Shown piece after piece: positions 48,512 through 58,402 of a DNA stretch of 64,000 bases. Every line of letters begins with the position of its first letter. Positions within the stretch are counted from its first letter, which is position 1. The position numbers and the translations under genes were made by a program. The notes beneath the pieces are model-generated. The model was not told the DNA's origin and did no database searches. It worked only from the letters and a program-made list of their open reading frames with translations. Source of the stretch: an uncultured cyanobacterium. GTDB lineage: Bacteria > Cyanobacteriota > Cyanobacteriia > CAKZMO01. The stretch lies in assembly GCA_963719515.1 (NCBI GenBank), contig CAVRCJ010000011.1:160001-224000 (forward strand), given 5' to 3'.

Positions 48512-49405
48512 TTAAGCTACCGCACCTAGAATCATGCCGACCAGCAGCACGAACCCCAGGTAAACGTTTTGACGAAAGATGCGCCCGTAAAGCGAGGGCG
48601 GAATGTGGGAGCGGCGCAGCTGCCCGTATTCCCAGACCCAGCCCCCAGCGGCGATCGCGAGAGCGAGCCAGAATGCCGCGCCTAGGGCCAGGACGACGCC
48701 GGTCGCCGCCAGCAGCAGCACGGTGCCCAGGAAAAATAGCCCCACCGCCTGGGGAGCCTGGGGACCGAAGTAAAGCGCGCTAGAGCGCACCCCCAGCTTC
48801 AGGTCGTCCTGGCGGTCGGCCATGGCGTAGACGGTGTCAAACCCCAGGGTCCACAGCACCACCGCCTCCCACAGCAGCCAGGCGGCTACGGGCAGTTGGC
48901 TCGCCACGGCACTCCAGCTGATCAGCACCGCGAAGCCCCAGGCTAGCGACAGCACCAGCTGCGGGACAGGGAACACCCGCTTAGCTAGGGGATAGAGCAC
49001 AATCACCGGCACCGACAACACGCAAAGCAGCAGGCTGAGGGGGTTGAGGTAAAGCGCTAGTCCCAGGGCGCAGGCGAAAGCGACCAGCAGCACCACAATT
49101 CCCGTCTTCACCGTTAGGGCTCTCGCCGCCAGCGGTCGGTTGCGGGTGCGCTCGACGTTGGGGTCAATGTTGCGGTCCCACAGGTCGTTGACGACGCAGC
49201 CCGCCGCGCTCGTGGCCAGCGTGCCTAAGATGATGACCAGCACTAGGGGCAGAGGCGGCAGGGCTCCGGGGGCGAGGCTATGGGCTCCCAGAAACACGGC
49301 CCAAAGGGCCGGAATCATCAAGATCAGTCGTCCGGCGGGTTTGTCCCAGCGGAGCAGCCGGACGATCTTGCGCCAGGCGGGTTCATAAGGTTGAGGGGTC
49401 ACCAT
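48512..49405 (-). CDS. ubiA: 4-hydroxybenzoate solanesyl/polyprenyltransferase
   Basis: [37 protein letters not shown]. Confidence 0.92.
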   Translation of the reverse strand: MVTPQPYEPAWRKIVRLLRWDKPAGRLILMIPALWAVFLGAHSLAPGALPPLPLVLVIILGTLATSAAGCVVNDLWDRNIDPNVERTRNRPLAARALTVKTGIVVLLVAFACALGLALYLNPLSLLLCVLSVPVIVLYPLAKRVFPVPQLVLSLAWGFAVLISWSAVASQLPVAAWLLWEAVVLWTLGFDTVYAMADRQDDLKLGVRSSALYFGPQAPQAVGLFFLGTVLLLAATGVVLALGAAFWLALAIAAGGWVWEYGQLRRSHIPPSLYGRIFRQNVYLGFVLLVGMILGAVA

Positions 49406-49529
49406 AAATTGAGTTGTAGCGTAGACGCGACGCTGCTATCGTGCAGATGCGTCATATAGTACGGGTTTTACTGTGCCGGGTCGCTGCGTCGAGTTGCCCT
49501 GCGCTGCCCTTTTGAATAGTACCTTAACC

Positions 49530-51062
49530 ATGTCCAATCCTTCAGAGTCCGCTTCGGCTCAGCCCCCTGCGGCCCAATCTGCTTCGGCCCAGTCTGCTTC
49601 GGCTCAATCTCGCTCGGCACGCCAGCTCAGCCGCACGCAGCACACCCTCACCACGGGCGGCGGCCCCTTAGCCTATACCGCGATCGCCGACTGGCAAATC
49701 CTGCGCGATCGCGATAAGCCGGCGGCCGAGCTGTTTCACGTGGCGTACTTAGCCGATCAGGGCGGCCGCCAGCGCCCCCTCACCTTTGTCTTTAACGGTG
49801 GCCCCGGGGCGGCCTCGGCCTACCTCCACATGGGCGCGCTCGGCCCCCAGCGGGTGAGCTTTAACCCCGACGGCAGCCTGCCGAAGCCGCCGGTCCAGGT
49901 CGTAGATAATACCGAGACCTGGCTCGCCTTTACGGATTTGGTGTTTATCGACCCCGTAGGCACGGGCTTTAGCCGCAGCTTGGACGACAAGGACAAGGCA
50001 GAGGGCGAAAAGCCTGCTACGGACGACGACAAGCCCCAGGAAACCAAGTTCTGGTCTGTCGATCGCGACCTCAAGTCCCTCGGCGAATTTATTCAGGGCT
50101 TTTTGTCTCGTCAGCAGCGCTGGCTCTCGCCTATTTTTATTGCGGGTGAAAGCTATGGCGGCTTTCGGGTGGCGCGGCTGGTGCGACAGCTGCAGCAGGA
50201 TTATGGCGTAGGGCTGTCGGGGGCAATTTTGATTTCCCCTGCCCTAGAGTTTGGCCTGTTGGGGGGCAGCGACTACAACGTCACCCCCTGGGCCACGGTG
50301 CTGCCTTCTTTTGCGGCGGCGGCGGCGCACCACGGGCTGACCCAGCCTGAAACCCTGGACGCCTGCCTCCAGGAGGCCGAGACTTTCGCCCGCCGCACCT
50401 ACCTGCCGCTACTCGCCATGGGAGACGCGGCCCCTGACGAGGAGCGGCAGGCCGCCTATCAGCAGATGGCCGACATGACCGGCCTGCCGGTGTCCTTAGT
50501 GGCGCGGCAGGCGGGGCGAGTGGACCTGGGCGTGTTTGCCCGCGAGCTGTTGAGGGACCGGCAGCGCGTGGTGGGCCTATACGACGCGTCGGTGACTGCC
50601 ATCGACCCTTTCCCCGATCGCCCTACTTTCGACGGCGCAGACCCTACCCTAGACGGGCTAAACCGCCTATTTACTGGGGCGATCAACAGCCACCTGCGGG
50701 ATAACTTGGGGGTAGAGACCGACCTGACTTACCACCTGCTCAACTTCGAGACCTTCAAAGCCTGGCAGTATGACCTCAAGGGGGAGTGGCGACAGGGCTT
50801 TGTGGGGTCGGTGGATGAATTTCGCGCCGGGATGGCTCTCAACCCGCACATGAAGGTGTGGATCTCCCACGGCATTTATGATTTGGTGACGCCGTACTTT
50901 GGCTCGAACCATCTGGTAGATCTAATGCGGCTGGACCCGGAGCTGCGGGATAACCTGACGCTGAAGCATTATTTGGGGGGCCATATGTTCTACGCCTGGG
51001 AGGAATCTCGTGAGGCGTGGCTGCAGGATATGCAGGGGTTTTACCGGCAGGCGCTGGCGTAG
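49530..51062 (+). CDS. S10-family serine carboxypeptidase
   Basis: FNGGPGAAS, FIDPVGTGFS, GESYGG, GGHMFY; SASAQ repeats at the N-terminus. Confidence 0.9.
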   Translation: MSNPSESASAQPPAAQSASAQSASAQSRSARQLSRTQHTLTTGGGPLAYTAIADWQILRDRDKPAAELFHVAYLADQGGRQRPLTFVFNGGPGAASAYLHMGALGPQRVSFNPDGSLPKPPVQVVDNTETWLAFTDLVFIDPVGTGFSRSLDDKDKAEGEKPATDDDKPQETKFWSVDRDLKSLGEFIQGFLSRQQRWLSPIFIAGESYGGFRVARLVRQLQQDYGVGLSGAILISPALEFGLLGGSDYNVTPWATVLPSFAAAAAHHGLTQPETLDACLQEAETFARRTYLPLLAMGDAAPDEERQAAYQQMADMTGLPVSLVARQAGRVDLGVFARELLRDRQRVVGLYDASVTAIDPFPDRPTFDGADPTLDGLNRLFTGAINSHLRDNLGVETDLTYHLLNFETFKAWQYDLKGEWRQGFVGSVDEFRAGMALNPHMKVWISHGIYDLVTPYFGSNHLVDLMRLDPELRDNLTLKHYLGGHMFYAWEESREAWLQDMQGFYRQALA

Positions 51063-51139
51063 GGTATGTTCCCATCAGGTAAACGCACCGTTGAATATGG
51101 CATTTGGTCAGCGATCGCCTGAATATCCGATAATAAATA

Positions 51140-51292
51140 ATGTCCAACAATGCGGTGCGTTTGCTCTACGCCCGCCCCGACGAGTGGTCCGAGCCTATTC
51201 CGCTGAACGACACCGGCGGCATTCTGCGCGGCCTCACGCCCACCGACGTCATGCGCATCCTCACTAAGCGCATCCCGCTGCCGCCTCGCTAA
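51140..51292 (+). pseudogene. 3' fragment paralogous to 57085-57423 (copy C)
   Basis: YARPDEWSEPIPLNDTGGILRGLTPTDVMRILTKRIPLPPR vs YAHPSDWSQTLPLNNPDGVLRGLTPTDVMRILTKRISLPQR. Confidence 0.8.
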
Positions 51293-51443
51293 GCTGGTTT
51301 GGTCGCGGCTGGGCTATCCCAACGGCCCCACCAGATAGCCCGCCGCGCCTTAGCAAGGGGTGGCCCGATCGCCCCTATGCCGATCGCTCTTTAGGACGCG
51401 ATGTAGCATTGCAGTAGATAATAGACCCCGTAGACTTCCCGCA

Positions 51444-51599
51444 ATGACCCCAGATAGCCTTTCCAAAAACGATTCACGGGCCTCTCGTGAACCGAATAGC
51501 CAAGACGAAGACGACAAGATCCTTTGTCCCCACTGCCGCCGCACGGCAACAAACGGCATCAAGTGCAAAGGAATTTGCGTTGCCGACAACGACTATTAG
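51444..51599 (+). CDS. Cys-rich microprotein (CPHC..C...C)
   Basis: KILCPHCRRTATNGIKCKGICVADNDY* motif, recalled as conserved in cyanobacteria. Confidence 0.7.
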   Translation: MTPDSLSKNDSRASREPNSQDEDDKILCPHCRRTATNGIKCKGICVADNDY

Positions 51600-51689
51600 C
51601 CCCTGCCGCGCTTTCAAATAGGAGACTTCAGACGTAAGGCCCTCCGCCGTAGCCCTACAGTGGAGACATACTCCATCTAGAACCCCGCC

Positions 51690-52937
51690 GTGACTCCCTT
51701 CGATCGCCTCGTTGCCTGGCTCCCTGACCTCGATCGCCGCATCTGGCTGCTGTCATTCGGGCGGCTGCTGTCTCAGTTCGGCAACGGGTTCGTGCTTTTC
51801 TACGCCCCTATCTTTTTCGTCAACCAGGTGGGACTCTCGGCAACGGCGGTGGGAATCGGGCTGGGGAGTGGCTCTGTTTCGGGCGTGGTGGGTCGCTTTG
51901 TGGGCGGTACGGCGGCAGACTCTCCCCGCTGGGGACGCCGCAAAACTCTGCTGTGGTCGGCGGCGGTGTCGGCGCTGGCGGACGTGGGTCTGATTTTAGC
52001 GGATAACTTTCCCCTGTTTGTGGGGGCTAACCTGCTGATGGGGCTGGGCATTGGGCTGTACTGGCCTGCCACCGAGGCCATGGTGGCTGACCTCACCCAG
52101 TCGAAGGATCGCAACGAGGCCTTTGCCCTAGTGCGGCTGGCGGATAGCGTGGGGCTGAGCCTGGGCGTCGCCGTTGGCGGTACGCTGGTTGCCCTAACTG
52201 ACTCCTACCGAGCCCTGTTTGCCATCGATGGGGTCACCTACCTGCTGTTCTTCGCCATCATCTACTGGGCGATCGCTGAAACCCGGCAAAAAAACGCCGC
52301 CAAAACCTCACTTCAGGAGGGCTGGCGGCTGGCGCTGGGGGACGCCACCCTCTGGATCTACGTCAGCGTCAACGTGTTGTTTACCGTTTACCTGGCCCAA
52401 GTCCAGACCACGCTACCTCTCTACTTGAAGAACGTCGCTAGCGTTGCCGGGGCAGACACCGCTGGGTTCACCACCGCCCGCATCAGCGCCCTGTTCACCT
52501 GGCACGTGGTGCTGACGGCGCTCTGTCAGCTTCCCATATCGCGATCGCTGCGGCAGTGGCCCTACACTCGCACCTTGGCTTTATCCGCCGTAGTCTGGGG
52601 AGCGGGGTTCGGCGGCGTGTGGCTTACGGGAATGGCGCAGCAAGAATGGGCGGCGATCGCCTGGGGGGCCGTGACGCTGGCGGTGCTGGCGGTGGCGACG
52701 GTGATCTATCTACCCGCTGCGTCAGCCTATGTGGTGGATTTAGCTCCTAAGGCGCAGCGGGGCATCTATTTGTCAATTAATTCTCAGTGCTGGGCACTGG
52801 GCTACTTTGTGGGGCCGCCGCTGGGGGGCTGGGCCATGGACCAAGCTGGCGTCGTCAGCCACGGCTTTTGGCTGGCGCTAGGTCTGACGACTCTGGTGGC
52901 CGTTGCGGTCTTAATTCAGCTCGGTAAGCGCCGCTAA
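51690..52937 (+). CDS. MFS transporter
   Basis: about 12 TM segments, GGTAADSPRWGRR motif A variant. Confidence 0.9.
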   Translation: MTPFDRLVAWLPDLDRRIWLLSFGRLLSQFGNGFVLFYAPIFFVNQVGLSATAVGIGLGSGSVSGVVGRFVGGTAADSPRWGRRKTLLWSAAVSALADVGLILADNFPLFVGANLLMGLGIGLYWPATEAMVADLTQSKDRNEAFALVRLADSVGLSLGVAVGGTLVALTDSYRALFAIDGVTYLLFFAIIYWAIAETRQKNAAKTSLQEGWRLALGDATLWIYVSVNVLFTVYLAQVQTTLPLYLKNVASVAGADTAGFTTARISALFTWHVVLTALCQLPISRSLRQWPYTRTLALSAVVWGAGFGGVWLTGMAQQEWAAIAWGAVTLAVLAVATVIYLPAASAYVVDLAPKAQRGIYLSINSQCWALGYFVGPPLGGWAMDQAGVVSHGFWLALGLTTLVAVAVLIQLGKRR

Positions 52938-53156
52938 TGCCAAGGTGCTGCTGGCTACTCTACGCGATGCGCCAAGGGCAATGATGACGCGGACGGTACG
53001 ACAAGATGGCCTTAAAAACCTTAGAAGATAAATCGTTCAGCGGTTTGATCTAGCCGTCCTCCGGTTTCTAGCAGGCCATTGACCCTGACGCTTCAAGCCC
53101 CTGCAGCCTTAGAAGCAGGAGCAATATGGCATTGCCACATCCTTGCCCAAAGAACT

Positions 53157-53651
53157 CTATTCGGCCTTGAGTATCTTGTACATCACCAGCGCATCCACGA
53201 AGCCCAGCTGCGCATGCTTGAACGCGCCAGGCAGCGTGCCCACAATGCTAAACCCTAACTTCTGCCACAGCTGCACAGCGATCGCATTGGTCGAGACTAC
53301 TATGTTGAACTGCATGGCGCGAAATCCCAGACTAACAGCTTCACGCTGAGAGTGCTGGCACAGCTGGGAGGCCACCCCCTTCCCCCGAGCCTTTACGTCG
53401 ACGACATAGCCGCAGTTGCAGACATGGGCTCCTAGACCAGGCTGATTGGGCTTGAGGTAATAGGTGCCGAGAATGATACCGTTCTCTTCTGCAACATAGG
53501 TCGCCAGAGGCGCATTAACCCAAACTCGCTGCGCCTCTGGCTCTGAAATGTCGGGAGGAAAAGCACAGGTTTCGCCAGCGCGAAACGTCGGCTCGATGAT
53601 CGCCCAGACTGATGGCCAGTCAGCAGACTCAATGAGACGTATCGCTACCAT
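53157..53651 (-). CDS. GNAT N-acetyltransferase
   Basis: ARGKGVA acetyl-CoA motif, MQFNIVVSTN..AVQLWQKLGF. Confidence 0.9.
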   Translation of the reverse strand: MVAIRLIESADWPSVWAIIEPTFRAGETCAFPPDISEPEAQRVWVNAPLATYVAEENGIILGTYYLKPNQPGLGAHVCNCGYVVDVKARGKGVASQLCQHSQREAVSLGFRAMQFNIVVSTNAIAVQLWQKLGFSIVGTLPGAFKHAQLGFVDALVMYKILKAE

Positions 53652-53706
53652 GGCGGGCTCCTAGGCTAGAGGGCATCGGTCGGATGGCTAGGTGCAGGAC
53701 TTTTCA

Positions 53707-54828
53707 CTACGCTCGGTTGACTACCTCACCCCGATCAGGATTAGGAAGTGCGATCGCCTCTTCACCTGAGCGATAGCTGCGCAGGGTTTCCATATCGATC
53801 ACGTGGCGGAATCCATCATCGCTGCCGCTGGCCAGCACGTCGAACACGTCGTTCACCTGGTCAATGCCGATCATCTTTATCAGCGGCTTGATGTTGTGCT
53901 CTGCGCAAAGGTCGAGAATTTCCTGAGTATCAGCGATGCCGCCAATCAAAGAGCCCGCTAGGGTGATGCGGTTAAACACCAGCGGGCCGGGAGAGAACTC
54001 TGGGAAACTGACGATGTTGCCTACCACAATCAGCGCCGAGCTGGGGCGCATCAAGGCAATGTAGGGCGTAATGTCGTGGGGAACCGGGATGGTGTTGATC
54101 AGCATGTCGAGGCTTTGGGCGGCCTCTTCCATCTGGGCATCGTCGGTGGAGATGATGACCTTGTCGGCCCCCATCTTGAGAATTTCCTCTCGTTTCGACT
54201 CGCTGCGGGTGAAGGCCACCACCTCAGCGCCCAGGGCCTTGCCGATTTGCACCGCCATGTGGCCTAGTCCGCCAATTCCAGCGACGCCCAAGGTTTGACC
54301 CTTTTGCAGCTTCCAGTGCTTCATGGGCGCGTAAACCGTGATTCCCGCACAGAGGATTGGCCCCGCGTCTGCTAGCTCTAGCCCATCGGGAATCCGCAGA
54401 ACGAACTCCTCCCGCGCAACGATATCGGTGCTGTAGCCGCCGTAGGTATTGGTTCCGTCGGGCTTTTTAGAGCCGTTATAGGTAAACGTCGCGCTTTTAG
54501 GGCCGTCGCAGTAGTTCTCCTCTCCTTGCTTGCAGGGGTCGCAAACTTGGCAGCTGTTCACCATGCAGCCCACGCCAACGCGATCGCCTTCCTTGTAGCT
54601 AGAGACGCCTTCGCCCACAGCGGAAACCACGCCGATCACCTCGTGCCCCGGCACGCAGGGGTACATCGTGTTGCCCCAGTCGTTGCGCACCTGATGCAGG
54701 TCCGAATGGCAGATGCCGCAGTGGGTAATTTTGATGGCCACTTCACCGGGGCGCACGTCCTGGCGCTCGAAAACGACGGGCTCTAGCTTGTCGTCAGCGC
54801 TCTGGGCACCCAATCCAAAAATCTTCAT
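53707..54828 (-). CDS. Zn-dependent NAD(P) alcohol/aldehyde dehydrogenase (CAD family)
   Basis: CGICHSDLH, GHEVIG, four-Cys structural Zn site, GIGGLGH. Confidence 0.92.
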   Translation of the reverse strand: MKIFGLGAQSADDKLEPVVFERQDVRPGEVAIKITHCGICHSDLHQVRNDWGNTMYPCVPGHEVIGVVSAVGEGVSSYKEGDRVGVGCMVNSCQVCDPCKQGEENYCDGPKSATFTYNGSKKPDGTNTYGGYSTDIVAREEFVLRIPDGLELADAGPILCAGITVYAPMKHWKLQKGQTLGVAGIGGLGHMAVQIGKALGAEVVAFTRSESKREEILKMGADKVIISTDDAQMEEAAQSLDMLINTIPVPHDITPYIALMRPSSALIVVGNIVSFPEFSPGPLVFNRITLAGSLIGGIADTQEILDLCAEHNIKPLIKMIGIDQVNDVFDVLASGSDDGFRHVIDMETLRSYRSGEEAIALPNPDRGEVVNRA

Positions 54829-54951
54829 GCGTTCTGTCTCCTAATAAAGGCCTGACCTAGATAATGCTAGCGCCAAACTATTGCATTGGTTCAGGTGCTA
54901 TAGGACAACAGAATTGACTGAAAGCCTGACGTTATGTAGGCTACCGAACGC

Positions 54952-54981
54952 GCAAATGTCCCAATGCATCAGGACATTTGC
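54952..54981. terminator. inverted repeat downstream of sodX
   Basis: GCAAATGTCC ... GGACATTTGC. Confidence 0.55.
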
Positions 54982-55008
54982 TATATCACGGACAGCGGCC
55001 AGCGAACA

Positions 55009-55359
55009 TCACCCAAACCGGCAGGTGACCCGTCCTAGAATATGGTCGAGCGGCACCGCCCCAAACTGACGGCTGTCGCTGCTCTCCCGGGGATTATCGC
55101 CGCTCAGCAGGCAAGCCCCATCTTCCCGCACTGCCACCACCCGCTTCACTAGCTTCAAGTCCCGCGCTGGGTGGCGGGCCACCACCAGGTCTCCCGGCTC
55201 CGGTCGCCGACCTCGGTAGGCGCAGCCATCCACCAGCACCTCCTCCCCGGGCTTGAGCAGCGGCACCATTGAGCGGCCCGTCACCTGGAAGCGATCGCGG
55301 CGGCGCAGCGCCCACAGCAGCAGCTCCTTGGCGTTGGCGTCGGGAAGCGTCTCCATCAC
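55009..55359 (-). CDS. sodX: nickel-SOD maturation protease (S26-like)
   Basis: VTGRSMVPLL, VVARHP...LVKRV, GDN..ESSDSRQFGAV. Confidence 0.85.
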   Translation of the reverse strand: MMETLPDANAKELLLWALRRRDRFQVTGRSMVPLLKPGEEVLVDGCAYRGRRPEPGDLVVARHPARDLKLVKRVVAVREDGACLLSGDNPRESSDSRQFGAVPLDHILGRVTCRFG

Positions 55360-55361
55360 GG

Positions 55362-56369
55362 CTAGTTGGGCAGCGTGTAGCCCATGGCCGTTTTCACTTT
55401 CGTGAGGGTCTGCTGGGCGATTGCCTCCGCCTTCTCCTTCCCCTGGCGCAGCACCGAGTCCAAATACCCTGACTCGGCGCGAATCTCGCGGTAGCGCTGC
55501 TGAATGGGGCCTAGAGCCGCGATCGCCGTCTCCGTCAGCAGCGGCTTAAACTGCCCCCAGCCCATCTCCCGGCATTCATCGGCCACCTGCGCTTTGGTTT
55601 TGTCGGCCAGCAGCATGTATAGCGTCAGCAGGTTATTGCACTCAGGGCGCTCCGAGTTATCAAACTCTAGACCTCGCATGGGGTCAGTCTTACACTTTTT
55701 GATTTTCTTGGTGATTAGCTCGGGGGGGTCCAGCAGGTTGATGCGGCTGAGGTCCGAAGGGTCAGACTTCGACATCTTGCTGGTGCCGTCGGCAAGGCTC
55801 ATGACCCGAGCGCCTTCCGCTTGAATCATCGGGTCCGGCATTTTGAGCACGGGCGCTTTTTCCGTACCAAACCGGTGGTTTACCCGCACGGTGATGTCCC
55901 GGGTCAGCTCTATATGCTGCTTTTGGTCCTCTCCCACGGGTACTTTGTCCGGCTCATACAGCAGGATGTCTGCGGCCTGCAGCGCCGGGTAGCACAGCAG
56001 CCCCGCCCCCACGTTTCCCCCCTGGCGCACGGCCTTTTCCTTGAACTGCACCATGTCTTCTAGCCAGTTCAAAGGGGCGATGCAGGTGAGCAGCCACCCC
56101 AGCTCGGCGTGGGCCGGAACGTGGGACTGGACAAATACGGTGGAGCGCTCGGTGTCGATGCCGCAGGCCAGGTAGAGGGCGGCCGTTTTGTAGGTGGTTT
56201 CGGCCAGCGTCGCCGCATCGTGAGGGACGGTGATGGCGTGCAGGTCCGCCATGAACAGGAAGCTGTCGTAGGTCTCTTGTAGCGCTACCCAGTTCTTAAT
56301 CGCGCCCAGGTAATTGCCGAGGTGGAGATCGCCAGTGGTTTGGATTCCGGAAAGGATGCGCTGTCTCAT
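55362..56369 (-). CDS. trpS: tryptophan--tRNA ligase
   Basis: HLGN, PVGEDQKQH, KMSKS. Confidence 0.96.
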   Translation of the reverse strand: MRQRILSGIQTTGDLHLGNYLGAIKNWVALQETYDSFLFMADLHAITVPHDAATLAETTYKTAALYLACGIDTERSTVFVQSHVPAHAELGWLLTCIAPLNWLEDMVQFKEKAVRQGGNVGAGLLCYPALQAADILLYEPDKVPVGEDQKQHIELTRDITVRVNHRFGTEKAPVLKMPDPMIQAEGARVMSLADGTSKMSKSDPSDLSRINLLDPPELITKKIKKCKTDPMRGLEFDNSERPECNNLLTLYMLLADKTKAQVADECREMGWGQFKPLLTETAIAALGPIQQRYREIRAESGYLDSVLRQGKEKAEAIAQQTLTKVKTAMGYTLPN

Positions 56370-56597
56370 AGTTTGGGATGGGAGCGGGTAAAGAAAGCCG
56401 GTGTGGTGGAGGCAGAGGTTGGCTGCTGAGCTGTAATCCTTTCGAAATCTTTCGTTTGTCAGACGCCAAGATCGTAAAGAACTGTAAAGATACTATCAGG
56501 ATCTGCAAGCCGGTTCGCAAAATACTGTCGGCATAGAGCTGTCGACGTGCAGCAGCTGAGCCCTGCCGATCTCCCTACCGCTAATTTTGGAGACCGA

Positions 56598-56900
56598 ATG
56601 TCTACCTTATCTTCTCAAGAAACCCTTGACCAGCTCAAGCTCTGCTTTCGCTTGACTGAAGAACCCAAAACCCATGCCGAGGCTAAGCAAGCTTTCCAGC
56701 AGGTCCGCGATCGCGTGGCCAACGACTGCCCTGATGCCGTGGAGGTTGTGGAGATGCTGTGGCAAGAATTAATCTCCAGTCGGCGCTCAGCAATTTTCTG
56801 GCAAGAGCTGTCGGACATGGAAAAGAATCTGGGCGAGAAGATGGCGGAGAACCAGATGCAGCTTCGTCAGAACTACAACCGACTGGTGCAAGAACAGTAG
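56598..56900 (+). CDS. conserved cyanobacterial coiled-coil protein
   Basis: GGAG SD; LWQELISSRRSAIFWQELSD...LRQNYNRLVQEQ. Confidence 0.75.
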   Translation: MSTLSSQETLDQLKLCFRLTEEPKTHAEAKQAFQQVRDRVANDCPDAVEVVEMLWQELISSRRSAIFWQELSDMEKNLGEKMAENQMQLRQNYNRLVQEQ

Positions 56901-57084
56901 GGTACCGTTGCGAAGCAAACGTACCTCTCTAGCAATCGCGGTTGCGATCAATCGAGAAATTTGGGGCGATCGCCACGCTGACGCCTAGGGCAGTTGCCTT
57001 TCAGCAGAAGTCGGTGGCGATCGCGAAGCCAGTCGGGGCCTCATTGTGCCCTGGCTGGCTTCGTCTATTGGGCCCCCGAAGCGG

Positions 57085-57423
57085 CTAGTCGGAGCGCTGC
57101 GGTAGGGAGATGCGCTTGGTGAGGATGCGCATGACGTCTGTGGGGGTGAGGCCGCGCAGGACGCCGTCGGGGTTGTTCAGGGGCAGGGTCTGGGACCAAT
57201 CGCTGGGATGGGCGTAGCCGAGCTGATGCAGCCGGTCACGGCAGTTGTTGACGGCGTAGAGGGAGCCCACAGCGATGAGGCGCAGGGTGTTGAAGCTGGG
57301 GGTGCGGCCTTTGTCTTCGAGCAGGTAGTCGCCGGTTCTAGGATCGATGTCGAGGGCATTTTGGTGGGCGGCCAAGGCGACGTTGTGGCCTGCGTTGAGC
57401 TGGCCGGAAGGATTGTATGTCAT
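57085..57423 (-). CDS. hypothetical protein, same family as 29839-30213 (copy B)
   Basis: LRLIAVGS..AV....RLHQLGYA...WS...VMRILTKR; AGGAG SD. Confidence 0.8.
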   Translation of the reverse strand: MTYNPSGQLNAGHNVALAAHQNALDIDPRTGDYLLEDKGRTPSFNTLRLIAVGSLYAVNNCRDRLHQLGYAHPSDWSQTLPLNNPDGVLRGLTPTDVMRILTKRISLPQRSD

Positions 57424-57638
57424 TTGAGGGTTGTCTCCTTTCGTGGGTTAGGAAAGACAACCCAAACGTTTAGCCACCCCGCGAATATGGCGAGGTGGCT
57501 ACCCTGGGATAAAATCCCTGTAGCTCTCGCTGGTTGTCTCAGCGGGGGTTAGTCGTCTGGAAGTGGTGGTAACACGACCAGGCGGCGCTAAATATTTGGG
57601 GTGTCGGAGTTAGGACAGCGTGTGATTTGCGTCCATGG
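57424..57638 (-). promoter_or_regulatory. structured 5' leader ending in an SD-sequestering hairpin (copy B)
   Basis: TAGCCACC/GGTGGCTA stem; GGGTTGTCT...CCTAACCC...AGGAGACAACCC hairpin 4 nt before the ATG. Confidence 0.65.
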
Positions 57639-57644
57639 CTTGGC

Positions 57645-57673
57645 ATGATAGCGGAGTTTTAGCGCGATCGCAA
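57645..57673 (-). promoter_or_regulatory. sigma70-like promoter
   Basis: TTGCGA-17 nt-TATCAT on the minus strand. Confidence 0.55.
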
Positions 57674-57753
57674 CCATAGGGTGGGAGAAAGTTGGCAAAA
57701 TATTTAGGGTGGCTGGAAGTTTCCTAAGTAGGAACTATATCGTATTTAGCTTC

Positions 57754-58200
57754 TTACCAAAGCTTTTCATCTACTGCCCTCGACCTCGCTTCCATTTGCC
57801 GTACTTTTTCTTCCATACGCTCAAAAGCTGTCATTACGTTGTCAGCCGCTGAATTCCGGGAATACATGTTTAAAGTGGTAAATGAATTTTTATCTTCTAA
57901 AATAGCTATGCTTGGCGCTAGCTTTTCTATTAATGCCGTCAATTCATCATATTGAGGCTTAAGCTCTTCTAAAGCCTTAGAAATCTCTCTTTTCTGAAAT
58001 AGAGCCTGCCGCGCTGTATGTTCATCTCCCCTTTGCAAAGCTACTTGCGCTCTCTGCTTTCATCTGCCAATTTCTAACTCTAACTGTTTGAATTTATTTT
58101 GATACCAAGCTTGGTGATCTATCAGCTTAGTAAGCGCTTGCTTTGCGTTTTGAGTAGTCACTTACATTTCTCCCATTGAAATACTCAGGGCGCTTGAGCA
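57754..58200 (-). pseudogene. PspA/IM30-like gene with in-frame stops
   Basis: EM*VTTQNAKQAL...EIGR*KQRAQVALQRGDEHTARQAL...AFERMEEKVRQMEARS. Confidence 0.75.
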
Positions 58201-58402
58201 ATTACCTGTCAACGCCCTATTTATCCTGTTGAAGTGCATTCGCGCTTATATTAGTGATAGCCTCAGCAGTCTATTTTGTTGCGGCAATTTTCCCATTTGA
58301 TGCTGACTTCAACCTGCTGTTTTAACTCGAATACAATCTCTGATGTCTATCTTTTTGTTCTAAGAAGCTGGTTTAGTAATTATAGTGGCAAATAGGTTTT
58401 GA

